Positions 38,942 through 47,704 of a stretch of 64,000 nucleotides of DNA are shown here, in pieces. Numbering within the stretch: the first letter of the stretch is position 1; every line of letters starts with the position of its first letter. Below the pieces are notes generated by a model. That model was given only the letters and a program-made list of their open reading frames with translations, was not told where the DNA came from and made no database searches. Location: positions 1-64,000 of IMG/VR virus record IMGVR_UViG_3300027762_000003, one strand, 5' to 3'. The position numbers and the translations under genes are program-made. This DNA is from a virus.

Positions 38942-39316
38942 TTAGAATCCTCCAAAAGGAACGACGGCGGGGGTAACGGGTTGCTCGTAGGGGTAGGCGC
39001 TAATCCCCTCCCGAATGAGTGAGCCAATATATAAAGCAGATCCGATCGCTACCCAAGTGGAGGTCACGTGAACCACCGCCGCTATGAACGGCATTGGTAG
39101 CGCCCAAGCAATGATAGGGATGAGTGGGGAAATAATCATAAGGTCGATGATGCGATCCATTTTTCTGATTCCTGTCGTTATGTTGTTTATTTCTCTCTCC
39201 TGAAGCCAATGAACGCGCCTAGCGCTGCTACGGCTAAGGCTGAGAAAAGAGGGGAAAGGGTGGGGTGGATTGCGTACCCGACAAATCCACCGATACCGGA
39301 GATGGGTGCGGCACAA
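38942..39316 (-). CDS. Multi-TM small membrane protein (start uncertain)
   Basis: Hydrophobic C-terminal half. Confidence 0.5.
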   Translation of the reverse strand: MCRTHLRYRWICRVRNPPHPFPSFLSLSRSSARRVHWLQEREINNITTGIRKMDRIIDLMIISPLIPIIAWALPMPFIAAVVHVTSTWVAIGSALYIGSLIREGISAYPYEQPVTPAVVPFGGF

Positions 39317-39344
39317 AGTAAAACTTGGCGCTGCTCTTTCCAGG

Positions 39345-39890
39345 CTAGTTGCTGCTGCTGAGATACGAACTCGGCAAGCAGGGCTTCACTGGTTGGGGTA
39401 TCGATCCAGCGATGACTGCCATCGTCTTCTCTACCGGGCGCAATCCCAACTCCCCCAGTGCTTGGTCTAAAGGGCTTTCGTAAATCTCCCTCATTGCTTG
39501 CATCCGTGATTCGATTAATCGCTGCCCCAACTCTTCCAGGGATTGAGCTTCACCTGCAACATAAGCGCGCAAGGTTTCAGTCCCGGTTAGAACCCCTGCT
39601 GTCGCTCCCCTTTGAATGCCCTGGCTACGAAGCACGGAAAAGATATCACGGTGGGCGCGATCACCACTCGAAAGGTTGGATATAGTTTCCTGTTCTGGAG
39701 TCAGGTCGCCGCCCTTCACTTGTTGGCGGTTCGCATTCTGTGCAGCCTTCTCTTTTGCTGATAATAATTGCTCAACAATTTCATCGGGAATCTCATTGAC
39801 CCCATAAAGCGTTTTGTCGATAGCTGACAGCATTTTGTCAAGCTGGGGATTGGTCACGTTGATAAGTTGTAATACTTCTGCTCGTTTCAT
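39345..39890 (-). CDS. Hypothetical protein, possible N-terminal HTH
   Basis: ATGA coupling; MKRAEVLQLINVTNPQLDKML. Confidence 0.6.
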   Translation of the reverse strand: MKRAEVLQLINVTNPQLDKMLSAIDKTLYGVNEIPDEIVEQLLSAKEKAAQNANRQQVKGGDLTPEQETISNLSSGDRAHRDIFSVLRSQGIQRGATAGVLTGTETLRAYVAGEAQSLEELGQRLIESRMQAMREIYESPLDQALGELGLRPVEKTMAVIAGSIPQPVKPCLPSSYLSSSN

Positions 39891-40297
39891 TTGTTTTTCC
39901 TGAAGTTAAAGTGAATGATGGTTTGACTTTCTCTCTGTCCGTTCAGCCGCTTGTTGTATTGTGCCAAGCTGAATTTCTCTGGTTCGGTAATTAATGCTGT
40001 TTTGATTTCCTCTCGTTTCAACCTCTTCTTGCCTGGAGACCTACCAGGCTCGGTATAGGGTGGGGAGGTGAAAATTTTTAGGAGCCAGATCACGTAATCA
40101 TCGAGTGGTGACCTGGGATTAACAACAGCTTCATCGCAAAGAGCGGAGATTGTTGTTAATAAATAATGCAAAGAAGACGTTCGATAAATACCTAAATCAT
40201 CGGCTATTTGATGACGGGTCAACGTTCGGTTGGACAATGTAATCACTTTGTTTTTACTGTGTTTAATTCCTCTGTGATGTCTATGCTCATGTGACAA
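39887..40297 (-). CDS. Hypothetical basic protein, possible HTH
   Basis: LTRHQIADDLGIYRTS. Confidence 0.55.
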   Translation of the reverse strand: MSHEHRHHRGIKHSKNKVITLSNRTLTRHQIADDLGIYRTSSLHYLLTTISALCDEAVVNPRSPLDDYVIWLLKIFTSPPYTEPGRSPGKKRLKREEIKTALITEPEKFSLAQYNKRLNGQRESQTIIHFNFRKNK

Positions 40298-40431
40298 AAT
40301 CGTTTTATTTGTTTCTGTCGCATGAGCTTAAGTTAGCCCATATAAATCGAGGGTTCAATGGTTGTGTAGCGACTTGCTCGCGTGGGTCGTCACATGAGCG
40401 ATTGCACAGTGCTTCCGGGGAATATGGCACT

Positions 40432-40459
40432 AAAAAAGCCAAGTCTCTAAACTTGGCTT
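40432..40459 (-). terminator. Intrinsic terminator
   Basis: AAGCCAAGT-CTCTAA-ACTTGGCTT with A-run on +. Confidence 0.65.
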
Positions 40460-40484
40460 AAAATTTTTGGGGTTGTTTTTTCGA

Positions 40485-40763
40485 TCAAAATAGTGCTAGT
40501 TGTCCAGATCTCTCGTGCCTCAGTTCTTCGAGTCGATCCACCTGCTCTTTAGCCAACCCAATACAGTGGTCAGCTTCGCCTGAAACATTTTCCACTACGC
40601 ACGACCAAGCAGAATCGTTGCTATCTACCACGCTTAAAACAGGGGGACTATATTCAGAAATAAAGATCCTATATCCCCGGTACTCATCAATGAGAGTGTC
40701 TAACTCAAGAATATAGCGCGCATAAACTTCACCCCATCCCATGGCTAGATTTCCTCCCCGCAC
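40485..40763 (-). CDS. Hypothetical protein
   Basis: Ends GQLALF, resembling a beta-clamp-binding motif. Confidence 0.5.
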   Translation of the reverse strand: MRGGNLAMGWGEVYARYILELDTLIDEYRGYRIFISEYSPPVLSVVDSNDSAWSCVVENVSGEADHCIGLAKEQVDRLEELRHERSGQLALF

Positions 40764-40995
40764 TCATAACATGATCAGCGATCGCCAACTGAAGCAATGT
40801 ACTGCGTGGTGGCTTGTGTTGCCCGCACACCCATTTGCGAACAGTGACCGGATGGACTTTTAGTAATTCAGCCACTTTTGTATAGCTGCATTCCCACCTC
40901 TGTAAGAAGGTGGTGATGGTGTACCCCTCGTACTTCCTGAAGAAGTGAGAAGCGTTCAGGATGTCTTCATCCGTTAGATATATGGGATGATGCAT
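40729..40995 (-). CDS. HTH (XRE/Cro-like) protein
   Basis: SYTKVAELLKVHPVTVRKWVCGQHKP; GGAGG SD. Confidence 0.75.
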   Translation of the reverse strand: MHHPIYLTDEDILNASHFFRKYEGYTITTFLQRWECSYTKVAELLKVHPVTVRKWVCGQHKPPRSTLLQLAIADHVMSAGRKSSHGMG

Positions 40996-41159
40996 GTAAG
41001 CCTCCTATAGGTTCGGTCTATTGGGGGTCAGAAGTGATCGTTGGGTGGCCGCCCGGCGATCACTTCGTCTTTTGTGTCACATGATAGCACTATTCACTCG
41101 AAATAGATACACTGTCAACACAAATTAGATAGAATCGATTCAAGAGAAAGGAGACAAGT

Positions 41160-41381
41160 ATGAATAACGAGCGAATATTGATCACGTTAAGCCAAGACGA
41201 GCTAAGACTACTCAAACTCTGGGCCGCTTGGCACGGAAAACCGCAATCCACTTATGCCGGACAGATATTGGGAGCTAGATTGGAGGCGAACCGAGAACTG
41301 ATCGAAGATCTAGTGAGATCGGCAGCAGAAAACCGAGGCATGAGCCATGAACAACTCTGTAAAGAATGGTTGGATGAGTAG
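41160..41381 (+). CDS. RHH-like small regulator
   Basis: RILITLSQDELRLLKLWAAWHGKPQSTYAGQIL; AGGAG SD. Confidence 0.65.
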   Translation: MNNERILITLSQDELRLLKLWAAWHGKPQSTYAGQILGARLEANRELIEDLVRSAAENRGMSHEQLCKEWLDE

Positions 41382-41488
41382 TACACCTATTGTTTTTTAC
41401 ATTGAAAACTATGCTAATCATCAGTATGTTTTACTGGTAATTAATGTTAGGAGAAGGTATGATTAAGGGGTGAGTTAATAACAGCCCT

Positions 41489-43762
41489 ATGCACAAAATA
41501 AACACTACTCAGAAAACACAACCGGAAGAAATCATCGGAGGCAAATCTAACGAGATTTCTGTAACTCGAAGAAACGGGTCGGTTGTGCCCTTAGATATTA
41601 CGAAAATCAGAAGAGTTGTAGAGTGGGCGTGTGACGGATTGGGAGCCAGTCCCATCGTTCTTGAATCCGGTCTCTGTGTTCGCCTTTGTGACGGTATTTC
41701 AACTAAGAGTATTCAGGACAATTTAATTAGCGTCTGCCTAGAGATGTGTTCCCCAGAAGAGCCTTATTGGCGTTATGTGGCTGGACGCTTACACATCTGG
41801 AGTTTGTGGAAAAATACCCTGGTTAGCCGTGGCTATCAATATGGGAATTATGCCGGATGGGTCAAGCACCAACTAGAGGCTAAGAAGTATGACGATCGCC
41901 TAGGCATCTATTCCAGTGAAGAACTACAAGAAGCGGGTAGTTGGATTAATCCAGATTGGGATGCTGACTACGATTACGCTGGAGCCACCCTACTAACCCG
42001 GCGCTATCTTTTAGAGAATGAATTACCCCAAGAGGCTTTCCTAACTTGTGCGCTATTGCTTGCATCGGTAGAAGAACATCGCGATCGCCTGAAGTGGGCG
42101 CGTCAATTCTACGAGGCGATCGCCCAACGGAAGCTCTCCCTAGCTACACCCATCCTTGCCAACCTCCGTATTCCCGGCGGCTCCCTCTCCAGTTGTTTCA
42201 TCACCGCCATGGATGACAACCTAGAGAGTATCTTTGGGGTAATCACCGATACTGCTCGAATCTCTAAGAATGGGGGCGGTGTTGGGGTCAATGTAAGCCG
42301 TGTTCGGGCCACGGGTTCGGATGTGATGGGACGTAGCAATGCATCCGGTGGTGTGGTTCCTTGGGTTAAGCTACTCAACGACACGGCGATCGCAGTTAAC
42401 CAGGGTGGAAGACGGGCCGGCGCGGTCACGGTTAGCCTCGATATCTGGCATCTAGATATCCTTGAATTCTTGGAGATGCAAACCGAGAACGGCGATCAAC
42501 GGCGTAAAGCTTACGATGTCTTTCCTCAGTTAGTGATTACTGATGAGTTCATGCGGCGGGTTGATGCTAAAGAGGAGTGGACGCTCGTTGATCCCCATGA
42601 AGTAAAAACCAAGTTAGGTATTGACTTACCGATCCTCTGGGGTGAGAAATTTGAGGAAGCCTGGGGAATCGTAGAAAGGGAGGTGGGGCGATCGCTCAAG
42701 CTTTATAACCGAATCAATGCCAGGGATCTCTTCAAGACCATAATGCGTACCCAAGTGGAAACGGGGATGCCCTATCTGGCTTTCAAGGATACGATCAACC
42801 GTTTTAACCCGAATCAGCATCTGGGGTACATCCCTGGGGTTAATTTATGTTGTGAAAGCTTCTCGAATGTAAGCCCTGGCAAAGAGGTACATTGCTGTAA
42901 TTTAGTCAGCCTGAACCTAGCAAACTTGGAGATTGCGGACATTCCAGATCTATGCCGTGCGGCTGTACGAATGCTGGACAACACCATCGACCTAACTAAC
43001 CCGCCGATCTCCGCCGCCGAAAACCACAATAGTATCTACCGCACTATTGGAGTCGGGGCGATGGGTCTTGCCGATTGGCTGGCCAAGAGGGAATTGAGCT
43101 ACTCAGACACCATGGCAATAGGGTTACTTTTTGAGGAAGTCGCCTATTGGTGTACCCATGCTTCTATGGAGTTGTCCAAGACTAGGGGGTGGTATCCTGG
43201 ATTCCCTGGTAGTGAATGGCAGAAAGGGAAAATCATTGGGCATGATGCCGAGTGGTTCAAGTACCATTCAATGATTCCGGATAGATGGCAGCATTTGGCG
43301 TATCTAATCCGGATTAATGGCATCAGGAACAGCCATATAACAGCAATCGCCCCTAATACCTCATCTTCCCTCGTCCAAGGCTGTACAGCGAGCGTTTTGC
43401 CCACGTTCAATCGATTTTTCTACGATAAGTCGTCTAAGGGTGGCGTGCCTGTCGCTCCTCCGTTCATCGACTCCCATTACTGGTACTACCAAGAGAGCCG
43501 GAACATGAATCAAGATGTGGTGGTGCAGGCGATCGCCACCATTCAACAATGGATCGACACAGGGATATCGATGGAGTTGCTCTTTAATCTGAACGAGGGC
43601 GTTTACTTCCCAGATGAACCGGAGCGGGCGCTTAAGGCGATCGATATTTTCGAGACGTTGATGCTGGCTTGGCGATCGGGGTGTAAAGCGGTCTACTACG
43701 TGAGAACTGTGCAGCGTGATGATTTCAAAGAGTCGGGCGGATGTAGTACTTGCGCTAATTAA
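41489..43762 (+). CDS. nrdA: Ribonucleotide reductase class I alpha subunit with ATP cone
   Basis: VTRRNG ATP cone, ATPILAN, LSSCF, NGGGVG, GGRRAGA, NLCCE, TAIAPN, KAVYY, C-terminal CSTC. Confidence 0.96.
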   Translation: MHKINTTQKTQPEEIIGGKSNEISVTRRNGSVVPLDITKIRRVVEWACDGLGASPIVLESGLCVRLCDGISTKSIQDNLISVCLEMCSPEEPYWRYVAGRLHIWSLWKNTLVSRGYQYGNYAGWVKHQLEAKKYDDRLGIYSSEELQEAGSWINPDWDADYDYAGATLLTRRYLLENELPQEAFLTCALLLASVEEHRDRLKWARQFYEAIAQRKLSLATPILANLRIPGGSLSSCFITAMDDNLESIFGVITDTARISKNGGGVGVNVSRVRATGSDVMGRSNASGGVVPWVKLLNDTAIAVNQGGRRAGAVTVSLDIWHLDILEFLEMQTENGDQRRKAYDVFPQLVITDEFMRRVDAKEEWTLVDPHEVKTKLGIDLPILWGEKFEEAWGIVEREVGRSLKLYNRINARDLFKTIMRTQVETGMPYLAFKDTINRFNPNQHLGYIPGVNLCCESFSNVSPGKEVHCCNLVSLNLANLEIADIPDLCRAAVRMLDNTIDLTNPPISAAENHNSIYRTIGVGAMGLADWLAKRELSYSDTMAIGLLFEEVAYWCTHASMELSKTRGWYPGFPGSEWQKGKIIGHDAEWFKYHSMIPDRWQHLAYLIRINGIRNSHITAIAPNTSSSLVQGCTASVLPTFNRFFYDKSSKGGVPVAPPFIDSHYWYYQESRNMNQDVVVQAIATIQQWIDTGISMELLFNLNEGVYFPDEPERALKAIDIFETLMLAWRSGCKAVYYVRTVQRDDFKESGGCSTCAN

Positions 43763-43857
43763 TCTTTGAAAAAAAGGGGTTTTAGACCCATTCTTCTGAC
43801 AATTAATCCCCAAAAAAAGAAACTAAAGCTTTCGTCTAAACAGATCGAAGCCCATCA

Positions 43858-43884
43858 ACCCCCTGGAGCGATTCGGGGGTTTTT
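43858..43884. terminator. Terminator between convergent genes
   Basis: AACCCC...GGGGGTTTTT. Confidence 0.55.
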
Positions 43885-44434
43885 ACTTGGAGATTAAGAT
43901 GATGTGGGAGATAAACCCGGCAAGCGCGGCGATCGCTCCAGGAACCAAGATGACCATGAGGTGGAGCGTATCCAAGGAACTCTGCATCTTGACCTTGTAC
44001 TCAATCAGTCGATCCTGATCGCCTTCAATCTCGGAGAGCCGTTTGTCAATCCGGCTCAGATGCTCTTCTGTCCGGACTTTAAGCTGATCCATCCGATCGC
44101 GTAGTTCAGAGCGATGGAGATTTTGTAGATCTACAATCTGCTTGTGCCAAGTGAGCATCGACTCCTTAAGAGCCGCAGAACGCTCTGCTTCATTGGTGGC
44201 CATCTCAACAGCCGCCGCATTCTTTTGAAGCGCATCCAAGAAGAATTTCATTAGCTCATCGTCGATGTTTTTATCCATGCCTATCCTCCTGAGTTCCTCT
44301 ATGGCATTTTTGAGGGTAATCAGTTTTCGCTGCAAGCGCTTCACACCATAGCGATTGATGCCCACATCAACTTTACTGTACCCCAGAATCCCGGTCGAAA
44401 ATCGGATCTCTGTATTCGGGTCTTCTGCATTCAT
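43883..44434 (-). CDS. Coiled-coil protein with C-terminal TM (XhlA/holin-accessory-like architecture); second in-frame start at 44278
   Basis: SDs GGAGGT (44434) and AGGAGG (44278); TM LMVILVPGAIAALAGFISHII. Confidence 0.55.
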   Translation of the reverse strand: MNAEDPNTEIRFSTGILGYSKVDVGINRYGVKRLQRKLITLKNAIEELRRIGMDKNIDDELMKFFLDALQKNAAAVEMATNEAERSAALKESMLTWHKQIVDLQNLHRSELRDRMDQLKVRTEEHLSRIDKRLSEIEGDQDRLIEYKVKMQSSLDTLHLMVILVPGAIAALAGFISHIILISK

Positions 44435-44498
44435 CCGATCACCTCCCTTTGTGTAAGTTACTCCTATCGTATCTGCTCAGGAAGGGGCACACCTATAT

Positions 44499-44906
44499 CA
44501 TGACTGTTGACTTTTTCGTCAACCCCAATAATGTTGATTTTTTCGTCAACGCCATAAGATCTTTTCTTTAAGGTTGTGGGTTAGCTATCAATATTTTTTT
44601 CAACCAAAGAGAGATGTAACTTATGTTGGAAGACCTGATTTTAAAATTAAGGGGTTTTTACGCGCGGCTGTTTCCTTCTTGTTTTAATGATCAAGATCTG
44701 TAATTCCTGTAGATCCCTTATGTATTTACATCTTAAAGATCTAAGGCAACTTGAAAAGCTTGATTTATAAGACTTTCAAGGATCGGAAACGACAAAGTGA
44801 TCGTTTAAACGACAAACCTGTCGTCGAGGAAACGACAAGAATGTCGCTTACTTATGCCCACTAAACGACAAGAATGTCGTTTCCTACCTGTTGAAAATAC
44901 TGAAAA
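44499..44906 (-). repeat. Origin-like element copy 2 (inverted relative to 13771-14182)
   Basis: Reverse complement matches copy 1 in long blocks, including the four palindromic boxes. Confidence 0.85.
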
Positions 44907-44954
44907 CCCTACCCTTATTTTGGTAAATTCTGAAAAGAGGAAACGACAAAATAC

Positions 44955-45581
44955 TTAAGTACATGGCTTCTGTATACGGGCGATCACTCCACCCGATCGC
45001 CTCTTCACCTCTAGGAATATATCCCTAGCAATATCCTCGATCACCCCAACACTATCGACCCGGATATAGCTTTCTCCAGCAAGAGCCAATCGGTAGCCAG
45101 CCCTTACCCTTTGCCAGAATTGGTCAGATCGCCAGTCGAGCTTATCGTTGCCTACCCGCCCTTTAATTTGCTGCTTACTAAACTCCAATGGTGGATCTAT
45201 CCACACTACAAAATCCGGCTTTCTGGCGGGGATAGCTCTGTGAATCTCATTGATTAAGTGCAAGTCAACTCCCGCTCCATATCCGTCATAGGCAATGGTC
45301 GAGTAGAGCGAACGATCGCTGATCACCCACTTTCCCTCTTGTAATGCCGGGTTGATGACTTCCTTATAGTGCTGTGCCCTATCTGAGCAGAATCGCAGGC
45401 ATTGAGCCAAAGGGCAGAGATCCCGCCCCATTACCGCCTCATAGACAAGAAGTCCGTAATCTGTGGCTCCTGGCTCTTTGGTTAAGATGTGGGGAATTTC
45501 TAGCTCGTGCAGGCGATCGCTTAGTAGTTTCGCCTGTTCAGATTTCCCCGATCCATCAATCCCCTCAAACGCGATAAACAT
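44955..45581 (-). CDS. tmk: Thymidylate kinase
   Basis: FIAFEGIDGSGKS, TKEPG, DRAQH, ISDR..YSTIAY. Confidence 0.93.
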   Translation of the reverse strand: MFIAFEGIDGSGKSEQAKLLSDRLHELEIPHILTKEPGATDYGLLVYEAVMGRDLCPLAQCLRFCSDRAQHYKEVINPALQEGKWVISDRSLYSTIAYDGYGAGVDLHLINEIHRAIPARKPDFVVWIDPPLEFSKQQIKGRVGNDKLDWRSDQFWQRVRAGYRLALAGESYIRVDSVGVIEDIARDIFLEVKRRSGGVIARIQKPCT

Positions 45582-45665
45582 TGCGGTTCCCCATTTCTCA
45601 CTACTGTCATTCTATTTGGAAGATCCCTCTTCCATAGGGCGCTAAGATTTTCTTAGATGAACTGC

Positions 45666-45710
45666 TTGACAATAGTTGAATATCACGTTATTGTAGATAT
45701 ATAAACAAAA
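45666..45710 (+). promoter_or_regulatory. Family promoter
   Basis: TTGACA ATAGTTGAATATCACGT TATTGT AGATATATAAACAAAA. Confidence 0.75.
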
Positions 45711-45732
45711 AGAGGACAAAACGGAGAAAATC

Positions 45733-45963
45733 ATGAGTAGAACCAAACGAGACGAATTTGCTTTGAGCGGCTACACAGCCTTCCGGAAGTGCCGGACTAT
45801 AAACCGAAAAGCTGAAGTTATGGCAATCAGTGCTGTACAGGAAGAGGGATTTCTCCCTTCCAATCGCCAAAAACACCGTGCGAATAGGGGTAGACTTATA
45901 CGCGGAGGCTACCGCGAAATTGCCGCCCTACGTGAGCTTCCCAAAGCTTGCTGGACGCGGTAA
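45733..45963 (+). CDS. Small basic hypothetical protein
   Basis: GGAG SD, own promoter. Confidence 0.6.
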   Translation: MSRTKRDEFALSGYTAFRKCRTINRKAEVMAISAVQEEGFLPSNRQKHRANRGRLIRGGYREIAALRELPKACWTR

Positions 45964-46072
45964 TAGGGAGACGTATGAAAACTGATGGCGCATCAAGCGT
46001 GACGCTGTGACTCAAATTCACTGCGCCATCATTGCCAGATATCTGGTAAGTATACATTCAGAAAAAAACTGC

Positions 46073-46117
46073 TTGACAACAGCTAACTATTTAGCTATCA
46101 TAGGTGTATAGACAAAA
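46073..46117 (+). promoter_or_regulatory. Family promoter
   Basis: TTGACA ACAGCTAACTATTTAGC TATCAT AGGTGTATAGACAAAA. Confidence 0.75.
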
Positions 46118-46132
46118 CGGAGAAAGAAAATC

Positions 46133-46684
46133 ATGTTAGTAGGTGAATCAGTATTTGTGTATTGGGGTGGAGATGTAATCGAGGGTGAGATCTACTACGA
46201 AGCAGTCGTAGTCGATTACATCCCCGCCTCCTATGATGTGATTAAAGATGTATGTGATTTCTGGTTTTTGGGGGTATTCCCCCCCCATACAAAAGAATTC
46301 GGCAGGGTAAGAGAAGGGATTGCAGTCTTGCAGTCTGTCTTAGGATGCGGCGACTGTTTTACAGCCCCTGCCGATAGGGTATTTCGTCTTCTTCCCCCCC
46401 AAGGTGAGTATCCTCAAAAAGTCGTTCCTTTTGAGTCTCTCTTGCGAGACTTCAAGAAAGTCGAGTTAAAAGAGACTCAGCTCATTGGTGGTGTGCGGAT
46501 TTTCCGCACCGAACACATTACGACTACGCTGCGAAATGGAATGATGAGTTCCGAGAGGGTCTTTGAATGGAAGGCTGAGATCTCCCAAGAGCGGGGGAAT
46601 GGGTTTTATCTCACGACATCCGAAGATCTCTCCTGGGAGGAGATCTATTCAAAGGCTGTTAAAAAGTTCACATTTCAAAGGTAA
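46133..46684 (+). CDS. Hypothetical protein
   Basis: First gene behind promoter 46073. Confidence 0.65.
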   Translation: MLVGESVFVYWGGDVIEGEIYYEAVVVDYIPASYDVIKDVCDFWFLGVFPPHTKEFGRVREGIAVLQSVLGCGDCFTAPADRVFRLLPPQGEYPQKVVPFESLLRDFKKVELKETQLIGGVRIFRTEHITTTLRNGMMSSERVFEWKAEISQERGNGFYLTTSEDLSWEEIYSKAVKKFTFQR

Positions 46685-46690
46685 GGATCG

Positions 46691-47596
46691 ATGCCAAAAT
46701 TTATCACCCAACCCATGTTGTCAAACTTCTACACTGATGCCGTCTGCTTCGCGCTCGAAGCGCACCGGCAACAAATCAGAAAAAACGGAACACCCTATGC
46801 CGCACATCTCTTAGCGGTATCCAGCCTTGTGCTTGAGGCTGGAGGAACGGAGAAAGAGGCGATCTCCGCACTTTTTCACGACCTGCTTGAAGATATCTGG
46901 GGTGGAAAATTCCCAGATCAATGCTTGAACCGCAAAGGGGAATTTATCATTCCTTGCAACGATCCATACGTTCCGTCTGATTGGGTCGTTGACGGCGATA
47001 TCCTCCGAATCATGAAGGCGCTGAGTGAGGATAAGTCCCTCCCCAAAGCGGATAGGAAAGCTCAGTACATCATAGGAGTGTCTGATCTCTCCAATCCTCT
47101 CCACAAGTCTATAGCACTCGTAAGTGCGGCGGATAAGCTCCATAATCTCAGGAGCTATTACCACGATTTCTGCACCTACGGCACTCTGATTGATGCTGAA
47201 GCTAAACGCTTCAACAAGCATTTAGTAGATGTTTACGCGGTAGCTGAATCTGTGCCCAGTCACTGGGTGAATGAAATGAATCGAATCTTAGAGCAACTAT
47301 TAGACGAATACAACCTCCTCGAACTTGAGGAGGTCCGCTTCGATTTGAAAACGTGCGAGAAACAAATCGATGACAGAGAGAACGAGATCCGGAGGGAGTG
47401 CGGCGATATCATTTCCCTTCTTGATAACCTAATCAGGGAGCATGAGACCCTGAATGATGACGGAACTCCCAGCCTTACAGGAGAGCAAGTGAGAGAGAGG
47501 GCTGCTCCACTCATCAAAAGGCTTGAAAGCTTTGCCCACAACTGGAAGAGACGCTTCTCTCCCGAAGAACGGTTCTTTCTAACAGGAGAAGAGTGA
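46691..47596 (+). CDS. HD-domain (p)ppGpp-hydrolase-like protein (Mesh1/SpoT-HD) with added C-terminal coiled domain
   Basis: AHRQQIRKNGTPYAAHLLAV, ALFHDLLED, VSAADKLHNLR. Confidence 0.85.
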   Translation: MPKFITQPMLSNFYTDAVCFALEAHRQQIRKNGTPYAAHLLAVSSLVLEAGGTEKEAISALFHDLLEDIWGGKFPDQCLNRKGEFIIPCNDPYVPSDWVVDGDILRIMKALSEDKSLPKADRKAQYIIGVSDLSNPLHKSIALVSAADKLHNLRSYYHDFCTYGTLIDAEAKRFNKHLVDVYAVAESVPSHWVNEMNRILEQLLDEYNLLELEEVRFDLKTCEKQIDDRENEIRRECGDIISLLDNLIREHETLNDDGTPSLTGEQVRERAAPLIKRLESFAHNWKRRFSPEERFFLTGEE

Positions 47597-47695
47597 GTGA
47601 AGGGCAAAATCTTCTTGCCTAGATCCCCTGACTAATCGCATTTCATTCACCTAGTCACTGGGTGAATGAAATGAATCGAATCTTAGAGCAACTAT
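47258..47695 (+). repeat. Exact 43-bp direct repeat (47258-47300 and 47653-47695)
   Basis: AGTCACTGGGTGAATGAAATGAATCGAATCTTAGAGCAACTAT twice. Confidence 0.95.
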
Positions 47696-47704
47696 AGAGG
47701 TAGC

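Noticed and set aside
4964-43762. Inteins or introns in dnaB, nrdA, nrdB or thyX
   Set aside because: All have normal lengths and contiguous motifs
13771-44906. Terminal inverted repeats of a 31-kb transposon
   Set aside because: No transposase inside, no target-site duplication seen, and the interval holds core tail and replication genes
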